Assembly (NCBI GenBank): GCA_951406725.2
Contig: OX597821.1
Span: forward strand, 65,968,001 to 66,032,000
DNA from: Octopus vulgaris
Lineage: Eukaryota
Direction of reading: 5' to 3'
DNA length: 64,000 bases
Shown: piece after piece, positions 1 to 12,198 of the stretch
Position numbering within the stretch: the stretch's first letter is position 1
Layout: the number at the start of each line of letters is the position of its first letter
Translations under genes and position numbers: made by a program
Notes under the pieces: model-generated
Database searches by the model: none
The model's input: only the letters and a program-made list of their open reading frames with translations
Told to the model about the DNA's origin: nothing

Positions 1-294
1 ATACACACACACACACACACTAATAAATGTACAGAGGACTCCAGAAGTGTTTCCATAACCTTTTTGTAAGCCATCAACACGACCCAACATTTCCCTCCAA
101 TTATCTTGTCACTGGACTAGCCTCTACCTACCCTCACCCTCTGCAAACAAACATAGCAAGCAACTGTGGGGCCAACCTTTAAGTATTCAGTTACTTTACT
201 CAATTCACTTTCCTCTAATCATATCTTTAATATTGCCAGTGTATTGGATAACTTGTCACTTTGTCAATGTATATGAACTGTGGTTTCTTTGTGT

Positions 295-625
295 TTATCA
301 TCATCATCATCATTGTCATTTAACGTCCACTTTCCATGCTGGCATGGGTTGAACAGTTTGACTGAGGACTGGCAAGCCAGAAGGCTGCACCAGGCTCCAA
401 TCTGTCTGGCAAAGTTTCTACAGCTTGATACCCTTCCTAAAGCCAACTACTCTGAGAGTATAGTGGGTGCTTTTATGTGCTAGTGGCATGAGGGCCAGTC
501 AGGCAGTTCTGGCAATGACCATGCTCAAAAGGTGTCCAGTGGCACTGACATTGACCACGCTCAAATGTTGAGTGCCAGTAAGGCAACACTGGCAATGATC
601 AGGTGCTTTTTACATGTCACAGTAC
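295..625 (-). mobile_element. Family B repeat (RTE-LINE-type 3' end or derived SINE) with (GAT)n tail
   Basis: Reverse complement has GGCACATAAAAGCAC units, the GGTTGGC..TAGGAAGGG.ATC.AGCTGTAGAAAC motif and the CCCATGCCAGCATGGAAAGTGGACGTTAAATGA..GATGATGAT end shared by about 20 copies in the window. Confidence 0.8.
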
Positions 626-845
626 GTATATCTTTGCAAATGTGAATATGTGCGTACATGCATGTATGTATGTATGTATGTGTGTGTATGTAAGTATGTA
701 TGTATCTATGTATGTATATGTGTGTGTGAATGAAATTATTCAGTTTTATTTCAAGATTACTTGCCAATAGAGAAAGACCAGTTCCTAACCTAGATCCAAG
801 GCTCTAAGCATTGGAATTTCAACATCAACAGGGTATATATTTTTT

Positions 846-856
846 GTATGTATGTA

Positions 857-903
<47 letters not shown>

Positions 904-956
904 ATGTATGTATGTATGTATGTATGTATGTATGTATGTATGTATGTATGTATGTA
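846..956. repeat. (TATG)n/(TG)n compound microsatellite
   Basis: Directly visible; source of ORFs 785..967, 790..993 and 811..1065. Confidence 0.95.
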
Positions 957-1904
957 TTCTCATACATTTAGCTGCATGTCTAGACATACCCATGTATCCT
1001 TAAATGATAAACTCCTGAAAAGTTTTACTGCTTTTTACAGTTCCAGTGATGGATTAGATCTGTAGTCTTCAAATCAGCTTGAGGCACACTCTTGTGTGTG
1101 TGTGTGCGTGCGTGCGTGCATCTAAAATTTATCAATGTCTAACATAAGCACAAGGCCACAAAGAGAACAGGCAACATGGGTGACAATTATTAAATCAAAC
1201 CTAATTCTTGGTTCATACTTATTTCAATAACTTCTGGAGGAATGTAATACAAAATTTACCACAGGAGAATTTGAACTCAGAACTTAAATTAGTCATGATT
1301 ACTTACTTGAACACATTTTATGCAGTGTTAACCCATGACTGAGTATCTATATGTATCTATGTATCTATGTGTGAGTGTGTGCATGTATTAAGATGACTTT
1401 ACCCCATCACAGCAAATTTTTATATTTTACATTTTTTCTTTTTCATTTGTTAAATGCAATGCTAACAAAGAATAGACAAGATATATTGAAATAGAACCCC
1501 ACTGTAAGGATTTCAGCCTCATGTAACAGAGTGGAGTGACATTATATTCTTTTTGTCACTTCCCTAAAGAAATCTGCTCCAGAATCTGGCTAGGGTATTG
1601 TAATATATTGTTGCTTTGTATTTCATCACAACTATTGCATTGTGTCTCTTGACAATAGAGTTAACTGTTTCATTTTTTATAATCATTGATTTGGTCTGAA
1701 GCAAGAGGCTGTGTCCTTGACCATCAGAAACACAATGAGACTAGTGTGGTCAATGCACTTACTGCTTATACAGAACCATTGGCAAGTAACAGCTATAAGG
1801 AAAATGCAAGCTTGATTTACTAAGCTGTGAACTGACAATGAGCACTGACAAAGGAGCCGGTATGTGATCACAAGTATGCTAGAAACAACTATCAAATATC
1901 ACTC

Positions 1905-1951
1905 ATATACATATGTATATATGTACATACATACATACATACATACATGCA

Positions 1952-2001
<50 letters not shown>

Positions 2002-2017
2002 CATACATACATACATA

Positions 2018-2092
<75 letters not shown>
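1905..2092. repeat. (CATA)n-(TA)n-(CA)n-(TA)n compound microsatellite
   Basis: Directly visible. Confidence 0.95.
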
Positions 2093-2093
<1 letters not shown>

Positions 2094-2299
2094 AGCAACA
2101 AGATAAATTATTTTTAAATTTCGTTTGTCCTTATAGGAACTGAAAAATAAAATAAAATATAGGGCTGCAAAAAAACCAATGCAAAAGGACAAACTCAGTG
2201 GTTAAGAAATAAGCATCAGAATAGCCCAATTCTGATGTTTATTTCTTTATCCCTGAGTTTATATATATGTGTGTGTGTGTGTGTATGTATATATATGTG

Positions 2300-2343
<44 letters not shown>

Positions 2344-2639
2344 TACATACACACACAGAGGAAATATATGCACATTAGGAGTGCCGAGTCACATTTTGTG
2401 AATTAAAAATAAAAAAAAATTTATCGAAAGAAATTTATTAAACTTTTAGACCCCTCCATGACTTTTGGGCTACCCTGTACTATAAATATTAAATGATAAT
2501 CTGTTGTTGGATCAAACCAATGGCATTACATTTCCATTCAGTCTTCAAATAGTTGATACCTGTAAGCTGCAATTCCTGACAGACAAGAGTACCATACAAC
2601 ATTGAAAGCACTATGTAATCAGTATGTCACATCACTCTA

Positions 2640-2870
2640 CTTTGATGCCACAGGTTTAAAGAGGAAGGGATTTTGTCCTTCTAGGACTTCAACTTGTTTT
2701 GACCCCCTGCCTCTCATTCAACAACATTATGAAAGTTGGTTACTTGTCATAAGGAAACGAGATCTTCATCAAGTCCAATACTCTGATAACAGAATAGACC
2801 TTGTCCTTGCACTAATACGAGCGAGATTTATGAAGATGTACAAAAATCTTTATGTCAATTTCAGATGCTG
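2640..2870 (+). pseudogene. Possible highly degraded non-LTR reverse transcriptase fragment
   Basis: Across two frames reads LGLQLVLTPCLSFNNIM ... QVQYSDNRIDL, loosely like RT motifs GxRQGxxLSPxLFNxxM and QYADD in the right order; weak, by eye. Confidence 0.25.
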
Positions 2871-3577
2871 ATAAAAACAATGCTTATCCAATGAGAGGGC
2901 CTCTGCACTTTGCTTGATATTGTAAACAGAGCAGCCAAATATTCCTTAGATCACATACACACTACTGTCTCAAAAAACTGATGAAAGGGCACTCTACATA
3001 ATGTAATCCTAGATACACTTGTTTGCAAAAAAAATGGAAAGGTCACGTCTTGAATGTCTTTGATCATAGGTCTGCAAACGATGATGTAATCAATGTAAAT
3101 GCCTTGTCTAAGTAAGAAACCATTATCTTGATGGTATATTTTTTTTCATGGCTTCTAATCAAAGAATTTAGATTATGGGAACTAAACAAAGATATAAATA
3201 ATTCTTAATATTCTTTCATGTCTCTCGTTTCTTTATGTTGCTTTTAAGCTAATGAGTGGTAGAGAAATGAGAAGCAATTATACAAAATATTGTTTCATTT
3301 GTAAGTTAATGAGTGATATAAAAATAAGAACCTATTAAAATATATATTGTTTTATGTTTGGTTCAGAGTAATTATTGTTTTCTTTCTCTGTGGTTGGTTG
3401 GAAACAATTGACTTGGTGCTTAAATTCTTCTTTAAGATGTCTGGCCTTCTCGTTTCTTTCAATTCTGTCCATTCACTCTGATTTCATTAAACAATAAATT
3501 AATCTCAATTAAAAATACACATATGGAAATATACATTTATAACCATAAACACGCACACACACACACACACATATCGG

Positions 3578-3814
3578 CAGATAAATAGATAGATAGATAG
3601 ATAGATAGAGATAGATAAATAAAGAGAGAGGGAGAGAAAGAGACAGAGAGACAGAGACAGACAGATGATAGACAGAATGACAAACATAGAGAGATAGATA
3701 GATAGCTAGACAGATAGATAAACAGATAGATGGACAGTTCAATAGTTAGACAGACAGATAAACAGACAGATAAATAGTTAGATAGACAGATAGTTAAATA
3801 GACAGAAAGATAGT

Positions 3815-3853
<39 letters not shown>

Positions 3854-3930
3854 ATAGATGGATGGATGGATGGATGGATGGATGGATGGATGGATAGATA
3901 GATAGATAGATAGGTAGATAGATAGATAGG
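3578..3930. repeat. (GATA)n/(GACA)n/(GATG)n tetranucleotide array
   Basis: Directly visible; resumes at 4123-4297 after a SINE. Confidence 0.95.
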
Positions 3931-4122
3931 TGAGCTTAGCATTATTTCGTCTGTCTTCACGTTCTGAGTTCAAATTCCGCCAAGGTTGACTTTGCCTTTC
4001 ATCTTTTTGGGGTCGATAAATTTAGTACCAGTTACGCACTGGGGTCGATGTAATCCACTTAATTCATTTGTCTGTCCTTGTTTGTCCCCTCTATGTTTAG
4101 CCTCTTGTGGGCAATAAAAAGA
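3929..4122 (+). mobile_element. Family C tRNA-headed SINE inserted in a GATA array
   Basis: B box GAGTTCAAATTCC, central GACTTTGCCTTTCATC..GGGGTCGATAAATTTAGTACCAG; tail matches the young copy at 34379-34609. Confidence 0.85.
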
Positions 4123-4132
4123 TAAGATAGAC

Positions 4133-4235
<103 letters not shown>

Positions 4236-4248
4236 TAGATAGATAGAC

Positions 4249-4288
<40 letters not shown>

Positions 4289-4297
4289 GGATAGATA

Positions 4298-4710
4298 GGT
4301 GTGGGAGCATGGATAAGAAGCTTGCTTTTAAACATTGTGGCTTGGAGTTCAGTCCCACAGCACAGCAACTTGGGTAAGTGTTTTCTATAACAGCCCAAGG
4401 TTACTAATGTGTTGTGAGTGAATTTTGTAGATGGAAATTGAATGAAGCCTGTTATATATGTGCATGTGTACCTTTTTATTGATATCACGTATTGGTTGTA
4501 GATGAGAATTAGCATAATACAAGTGATGCTATTAGCTTAGGGTCTTCCATGAAAAACATATCAGGCCAGGGGGAAATATTACTTTAGCTGATGAAACAGG
4601 TGATGGTTGGTGACAGGAAGAACAGCCAGGTGTAGAAAATCTGTCTCAACAAACTACATTCAATCCATGCAAGTATGAAAAAGCGGACATTAAATGATGA
4701 TGATGCTGAT
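4298..4710 (+). mobile_element. Family F SINE (A-type tRNA head, distinct body, B-type tail), degraded
   Basis: Head GTTCAGTCCCAC..TTGGGTAAGTG; body CTTCCATGAAAAACAT..GGGGAAATATTAC; tail GGTTGGTGACAGGAAG..GGACATTAAATGATGATG. Confidence 0.75.
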
Positions 4711-4749
4711 GACCATCATCATCATCATCATCATCATCATTGTTGTCGT

Positions 4750-5110
4750 CATAATTTAATGCCCACTTTGTAATCCAGGCATGGGTCAGATTGGAGTCTA
4801 TTGAGGGAGATTTTTTCTATGGTTGCATGCTCTTCTTGGCACCAACCCTAGAATGTTAAAAATCAATGACAGTGCTTGTATGACAGTGACAACCGTATTA
4901 CAACTATCGTGAGATGCCAAGGTCAAGCCAAGAAGACACACACACACACACACACACATAAACAACTACACACACATACACACACACACACACACATGTA
5001 CGGTAGACTTCTTTCTATGTACTAAATCCATTCATGAGGCTTTGGTTCATCTGGGACTGTAGAAGATATTTGCCCAAGGTGCCATGTAGTGGGACTGAAC
5101 CCAAAACATC
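4750..5110 (-). mobile_element. Family F SINE, degraded, tail-to-tail with 4298-4710
   Basis: Reverse complement gives GTTCAGTCCCACTACATGGCACCTTGGGCAAAT head and a B-type tail ending at a (CAT)n tract. Confidence 0.7.
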
Positions 5111-6044
5111 TTTGATCATATGTCTGTACAATCATTAATGATCTGAGGCTAAAATTGCAACACTGTGCCATCCACTGCTGGTTTCATTACCATCTTCATG
5201 TACCTTCAGTTCCAAATACCAAAAGCAATCATTAGATAAAACTACCATCACCACCACCACCATCATCATCAACAGAGCCTGTATATGGCTGAATGAGCTG
5301 CTAAAACCAGTAGCAGAATCTCCCTCAAATAAAGCCTTCCAGTCACTCAAAAAAAAAAAAGCTGAAGTCTCTATTTGATAATTGCTAACCTTTAGCAAAC
5401 TTTTTTTTCTCCAGAATTGTTTCCCCTATTACTGCCCTGTTACTAGAGGGGAGAAAACTCATAGAGAGGCATGCTGCACTTACAGTGTGCTAAAGGTTAA
5501 GGTTTAGAGGCAGTTTGAAGGCAAGATGTTGGTGGAGGTGTGAGCGGGGCGGAATCAAAGTCTGCCACATCTTACCTTTGATCATATGTTTGCAGGATCA
5601 TTTATGACCCACAGGGTAAAATCACACCCTGGCACCACCCACTGTCAACCTCAATAACTCTATCACCTCCAGTACAACCACAACACTCACCACGACCACC
5701 ACCTACTTCTAGTTGGAAAAAAAAAGAAAAAACACCAAACAATCAACAGACAAGAGGAATGTGGGGAGACAAGAGTCTCTAGCCCAAATACCATTTCTTT
5801 CAATTGTCTGCTGTTGAATCAATCTTGAGAATAATAAACTGACAAACGATAATTGGTAATTATTTGTAATTTAACGAAAAACAATAAAGTTAAATCTAAT
5901 TAAGACAGGAAAAATATTTCTGATTAATTACGTTGTTTTTTTAACGTGCTTATTTAGTTATGTTTTTTTTATTAGTTTTCTGTGTTGTTTTTCTTATTCC
6001 CAATGATTATTATTTAATTGCTTCACTCATCTGTTTGTATGTTG

Positions 6045-6500
6045 TGTGTTTGTGTGTGTGTGTATATATATATATAATACATATATACATATATATGTAT
6101 ATATATGTATATAACTACATATATATACATATATATGTATATATATATGTATATAACTACATATATACATATATATTTGTATATAACTACATATATATAT
6201 ACATATATATTTGTATATAAATACATATATATATACATATATATTTGTATATAAATACATATATATACATATACATTTGTATATAAATACATATATATAC
6301 ATATACATATATATACATATACATATATATATACATATACATATATACATATATACATATACATATATATATATTACACACACACATATATATACACATA
6401 TAACGATACACAAATATACACATATATACAGACATACATATAACATACATTATATACATGCATACATTACATACATATGTACATAACATACATATATACA
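6045..6500. repeat. TA-derived higher-order microsatellite (TATATAACTACA / TTTGTATATAAATACA units)
   Basis: Directly visible repeated 30-36 bp units built on (TA)n. Confidence 0.9.
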
Positions 6501-6624
6501 TACAGGTATAGACAGTTCCACACATATAACAGACACACACATCATCATCATAATCGTTTAATAATGTTTGTTTTGCATACTGGTATGGGTTGGACATAAA
6601 TATATATCTGCATGTATGTGTGTA

Positions 6625-6827
6625 TGCTTTTGTGTTTGTCCCCACCCCCCACCACTGCTTGACAACAGGTGTTGGTTTGTTTATATTCTTGTAACTTAAG
6701 AGGTTCAGCAAAACCGATAGAATAACTGGCCTACAAATATAAGTAGTGTGGTTGAATCTTTCAATTAGAAATCTACAAGGTGGCAGCCTGAAACGGCTGC
6801 AATCCAATGACTGAAATAAGTAAATGA
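6625..6827 (+). mobile_element. Family A SINE, 3' half
   Basis: GTGTTTGTCCCC..GCTTGACAAC..GTAACTTA..CCGATAGAATAA..TGACTGAAA matches full copies. Confidence 0.75.
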
Positions 6828-7623
6828 TATCAATCAGATCAACAGTTCCATATCTTATTCAGGGTGCCGCCTCCTTGTCACCTAGACCACATACCTAGAA
6901 CCACAAATAGAGATCACTTTCTGCAGCAAATTCAAAGCGACTGTATTTCACAAATAAAACTTGAACCTAATTAACCGATCAATATGTTTTATTTTACATC
7001 TATCACCCGTTTTGATCACCCCATTATCATCCCACTTTTCTTCAAATACCCTCTGAATCTTTCCACAGCACCTCAAGGGGGGCAGTACTACCAGCTTTGG
7101 GAATCACTGAATTACAAAGAACAAATCCTGGGGGTCAATTTGCTTGACTAAAGGTGGTGCTCCAGCACGGCCGCTGAATTACAAAGAACAAGTCTTGGGG
7201 TCGATTTGCTCGACTAAAGGCGGTGCTCCAGCATGGCCACAGTCAAATGACTGAAACAAGTAAAAGAGTGAAAGAGGTCACTGTAAAGATAAACAATTAC
7301 ATCATCAAAATCTCAAAGTTATGAGATAATACATGATTAATTCAAAACAATGTGAATAAATAAACACAGGCTAATCATGTGACAGGATAATCTGAACGAT
7401 AAAGGATTAACGATAATGTATAAGAGAATGATAAGCACCAGTGCCTTGCCTCAAAGAGGAACATTGCTACCTCACATTACGTAGGACTGAATTGGAATTA
7501 CGAGAAAAGAAGGTAGAAATGTTGGTAATGAGGTGTTGTAGCATAATATCAAGGTAGAGGGAGTGTTATGATGTGGGTATAAAAGTCTGGTGTAAAATGG
7601 TATTGCACCAATAAATGGTTGTA

Positions 7624-8004
7624 CGCAGGAGTGGCTGTATGGTAAGTAGCTTGCCTACCAACCACATGGTTCTGGGTACAGTCCCACTATACTATAGCTT
7701 CGGGCCGACCAAAGCCTTGTGAGTGGATTTGGTAGACGGAAACTGAAAGCAGCCCATTGTATATATGTATGTGTGCGCATGCACGTGTGTGAGTATGTGT
7801 CTGTGTTGGTCCCCCCACCACTATCGCTTGACAACCGATGGTGGTGTGTTTACATTCCCGTAATTTAGCGGTTCAGCAAAAGAGACTGATAGAATAAGTA
7901 CTAGGCTTACAAAGAATAAGTCCCGGGGTTGATTTTCTCGACTAAAGGTGGTGCTCCAGCATGGCCATAGTCAAATGACTGAAACAAGTAAAAGAATAAA
8001 AGAA
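7624..8004 (+). mobile_element. Family A tRNA-derived SINE, near full length
   Basis: A box-like TGGCTGTATGGT, B box-like GGGTACAGTCCC, internal TA/TG microsatellite, tail GGTGCTCCAGCATGGCC..TGACTGAAACAAGTAAAAGA. Confidence 0.9.
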
Positions 8005-9074
8005 TCTAAAAATAACCTATCACAGAAAATATATGTTAACACAGAATGCACTCCGTACTACTTGAACATAGGTATGATACCCAGTATTCACTGTTCGACT
8101 ATAACTGTTAAACCAACACACGGTCAAACTAACACCATCAACTACCCCTGCTGACAATTCACTCAGTTCTTATCCATTGTAATCTTTTGGTCCATCTTCA
8201 GTCACGTATGGGTGTTCAGGATTCTCCCATAACAGAAAGGTAATAAGAAAGCCTTCAAACAATATAATAAACAAGGATTAATTGAAAATTATATCAATTT
8301 TGAAGTGTAAAAATATTTTTCACACCACCAAAGTTTAGCAACCAAATTTCAAACAGCTGCAGTGGAATTGAATCAGGTAGCAGCAGTGTGATGGAAATAT
8401 TTGACACATCAAGAATTAGTTGAAAAGTGAATTTAACAGTTTTTATATGTTTTACAGATGGCTTTAGCCTTCGAGATGGTTTTTTTCCATGATTTAGTTG
8501 TTTCAGTTTGAACACAGTTTCAGACATAATCATTGCTTGCCAGACAAATACAATTCCCAAATTAAGGTGTAGTGGGCGTAGGTGTGGTTCTGTGGTTAAG
8601 AAGTTTGATTTTCAACAACATAGCTTCAGGTTCACTCCCACTTATGTACCACCTTAAACACATGTCTTCTACTATAAGCCCCCAGGCTGATCAAAGCCTT
8701 TCGAATGTGCTTGGTAAACAGACATTAAAAGAAGCTCACCACACACACATCTATCCATCTGTCTATCTATTTGCCTCTATCTCTATCTATTTATCTACTA
8801 GCTATCTATCCATATATATATGTATATATACACACACACATATGTATATACATACGCAAATTAATGAGTTGCAAAGTTATAACATCAAAGAGCAACATCA
8901 GGAGTGTCTGTCTGAAAGAAAGTCTAATCAACCACAGTATGTAACTGGTATTTGAACTATCAATCCATTATCACCTTTGTATGATGGAAACTTCGTATAT
9001 ATATATGATGATGATGATGATGATCCCTCTCTCTCTTTCGGAGAGGCACTGAGCAGTTATACGCACACATACAC

Positions 9075-9365
<291 letters not shown>

Positions 9366-9777
9366 GCTATGCCAAAACAAACATGGAGGCTGGAAAGCCT
9401 TTTAGCTGGTCAGCTTCGGTCAAACCATCCGACTCATGCCAACATGGAAAACAGACATTAAATGATGATGATGATGTGTGCATATTTTCCGTTAATGTCG
9501 CCTTACCTTCACAACGCATGACAATTGTAAATGAGTGTCACTGCTAATTAAGCAGTGTCCTTTTAATTCCAATCTGGACATGAGGAAATATTTCCTAGCT
9601 TGGTAACAGATTAGAAACACAGGGTTGTTGACAGAAAGGGTGCATAGCCATTGGAAATCTGTCTAAATAAATTCTGCTCAACTGATTCAGCTATGAAAAA
9701 GTGGATGTTAAAAACTATTGCAATATAAAAATCATTTATTACTTTAATTAAAATTCATTTTTAGATTTTTTATTACA

Positions 9778-9945
9778 GCGTAGGAGTGGCTGTGTGGTAA
9801 GTAGCTTGTTTACCAACCACGTGGTTCCGGGTTCAGTCCCACTGTGTAGCACCTTGTGCGAGTATATTCTACTATAGCCTCGGGCTGACCAAAGCCTTGT
9901 GAGTGGATTTGGTAGACGGAAACTGAAAGAAGCCCATCATATATA

Positions 9946-9998
<53 letters not shown>

Positions 9999-10200
9999 TT
10001 GTGTGTCTGTGTTTGTCCCCCCAACATTGCTTGACAACTGATGCTGATGTATTTATGTCACTGTAACTTAGCGGTTCGGCAAAAGAGACCGATAGAATAA
10101 GAACTAAGCTTACAAGGAATAAGTCCTAGGGTCGATTTGCTCGACTAAAGGCGGTGCTCCAGCATGGCCACAGTCAAATGACTGAAACAAGTAAAAGAGT
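9778..10200 (+). mobile_element. Family A tRNA-derived SINE, full length, young
   Basis: GGAGTGGCTGTGTGGTAAGTAGCTTG..CCGGGTTCAGTCCC head with Pol III A/B-box-like motifs; retains CpGs; ends TAAAAGAG. Confidence 0.92.
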
Positions 10201-10982
10201 ACAGCTGTTTCCATTTTTATTCCAATGTTTAAAAAAGTATTTTTATTAAATTTTCACAATATTTTAAAAAGATGTTTTCACCCGTTTACTTTTTGTCTAC
10301 TTATGCCATTTTTTTTTGGTTTTTTTTTTGTTTAAACCATTAAGTATTGGTGTTGCATTACAAATTTGTCACTTTTTATATCTTTTCTGAAATAATGTAA
10401 GACCTACTTTCAAGCTTTCATTTTTAATTTTGACATCTCACCCTTGTAAGAAAACCATGCAAATTAACAAGCAGGGATTAGTCAAAGCTGACCTCAAAAG
10501 ACAAAAAAGGAAAAATAAATAGTTTCAGTGTTTATATTTCATTATTCCACACTTATATAGTTTTTATGGTTGGTTTAATTAAAAGTTTACATTTAATCTG
10601 ATACTGACTCATTTAATAAAGTAATTAAAAACTATTTCCTGCTTCAGTTTCTTTGTGAGTGAGAGTTCAAGTATTAAGTAAATTAACGTCTTAACTATTA
10701 TGTAGATTAAGAACAAGTGCCAAAATGGAATGAATGACTCAAGACGTGGACCACCCAAGCCAAATTTGAAGCTGGCCCATTTCTAGGTGGGCAGTAACCT
10801 TGATAAGCAAATAATACAGGACTGAGATGGTTCTTAACTCCTCATCATCTTCTTCTGTTGTCCATGGGTTGGGCAGTTTGACCAGGCCTGGCCAAGCTGG
10901 GGGGGTTGCACCAAACTCCAATTTGATTTGGCATGGTTTCTACTGTTGGATGCCCTGCCTTTCTATTGCTAACCCCTCCGAG

Positions 10983-11106
10983 AAGGCCTGGTTATTTTGT
11001 GGAAGAAGTCAAGTGGACTACATCGATTCCCCCACCCCCAGTGCTCAACAGCTACTTATTTCATTGGCCTCCAAAAGAATGGAAGGGAGAGTCAAACTCG
11101 GCGGCA
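10983..11106 (-). mobile_element. Family C SINE fragment
   Basis: Reverse complement GCCGAGTTTGACTCTCCCTTCCATTC..TGAAATAAGTAGC..CACTGGGG..TCGATGTAGTC matches the family C core. Confidence 0.7.
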
Positions 11107-11114
11107 TGATAATA

Positions 11115-11145
<31 letters not shown>

Positions 11146-11146
11146 T

Positions 11147-11700
11147 GACCCATTGGGAGCTCTGTGGGAATCATGGCCTACAAAGAGCAAAGACGTGGTA
11201 TGAACAAACCCCAGCAGGATTCACTGAAAATGAGAACTGCAAAATCTTGTGGGATGTAATGATCCAGTGTGATCAATTGACCAGACATCGGAAACCGGAC
11301 ATTGTTGTAGTGAATAAAAAAGAAAGAAAGTGTATGATTATCGATACATCTTGCCCTGGTGGTAACAGGACCAATGTGAAAGAAGAAAAAATAAACAACT
11401 ATGATATTTAAAGTGGTCCATACGAAGGTTGTGGTCAATGAAGAGAGTAGACATGATAGATACCAATAGCAATTGGTGCACTTGTAAGTATCAGCACTTA
11501 GCTACCAGCATGGCTGAAAAAGATCTGTGGAAGTGTGAAAGTAGAACACCTACAAAAATCAGCATTGCTTGGAACTGCAAGAATTCTTCGCAGGATTCTT
11601 GAAGCATGACCAGTAAACAAGTGTCACCTTAGTCTGCTGGCTGTGGACAGCTGACACTTTCCATCATACATAGCAAAATAAGCTGTGGGTTTTCATATAT
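11147..11700 (+). mobile_element. 5'-truncated R4/Dong-like non-LTR retrotransposon (restriction-like endonuclease C-terminus + 3' UTR), frameshifted
   Basis: HWELC..WYEQTP..ENENCKILWDVMIQCDQLTRHRKPDIVVVNKKERKCMIIDTSCP (RKPD..D RLE motif), then shifted frames IPIAIGAL..LQKSALLGTARILRRILEA* (TGA 11607-11609); (AAT)n on both sides as established for Dong elements. Confidence 0.88.
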
Positions 11701-11744
11701 AATATGAAATAAAAATATATAATAATAATAATAATAATAATAAT

Positions 11745-12138
11745 TTGATCTTAACCAGTTGAGCATGTCCCTTAGTGGCTGATGAGATGTGCATCTTTGA
11801 TCATGAGCAGAAGTTGTGGGGTAACATCATAGTCACGTGTTGAGGGGAATTCTTTGGGGTTTGAAAATTCATCACTGGAAATATGGGTGTTTTGTTCATC
11901 ATCCTTAAACAACTTTTTGAGTGGGATGAGCTACTCGACCTGAAGAAAATTCTAACTGGGCCCCACCTGCAAGGTCATGCAGTGTTTAACTTGATATCAG
12001 ATCACCATGTCATGCACATATGGTTGTGATGCATGTGCCTTTTGTACCCTTATCAGATGGGTTGTCATGATGGGTATATTGGGCTTTGTATACTTGTACT
12101 CCAGTGTCACTTTGATGGCAGGCACTGCTTCCTCACTC

Positions 12139-12139
<1 letters not shown>
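11745..12139. mobile_element. Unclassified ~395-bp interspersed element between (AAT)n tracts
   Basis: Higher-GC, non-coding-looking block sharply bounded by (AAT)n at 11719-11744 and 12139-12198; ends CTCACTCAATAATAAT. Confidence 0.6.

Positions 12140-12198
<59 letters not shown>

Noticed and set aside
785-2192. Numerous YI/HT/CV-repeat ORFs here and across the window
   Set aside because: Direct translations of TA/CA/TATG microsatellites that lack stop codons.
2461-2479. Tc1-like TIR end (ACTTTTGGGCTACCCTGTA)
   Set aside because: No matching partner TIR found nearby, so element boundaries cannot be supported.
10827-11411. 194-aa ORF as a host gene
   Set aside because: Chance read-through of B and C fragments and (AAT)n into a frameshifted R4-like endonuclease remnant.
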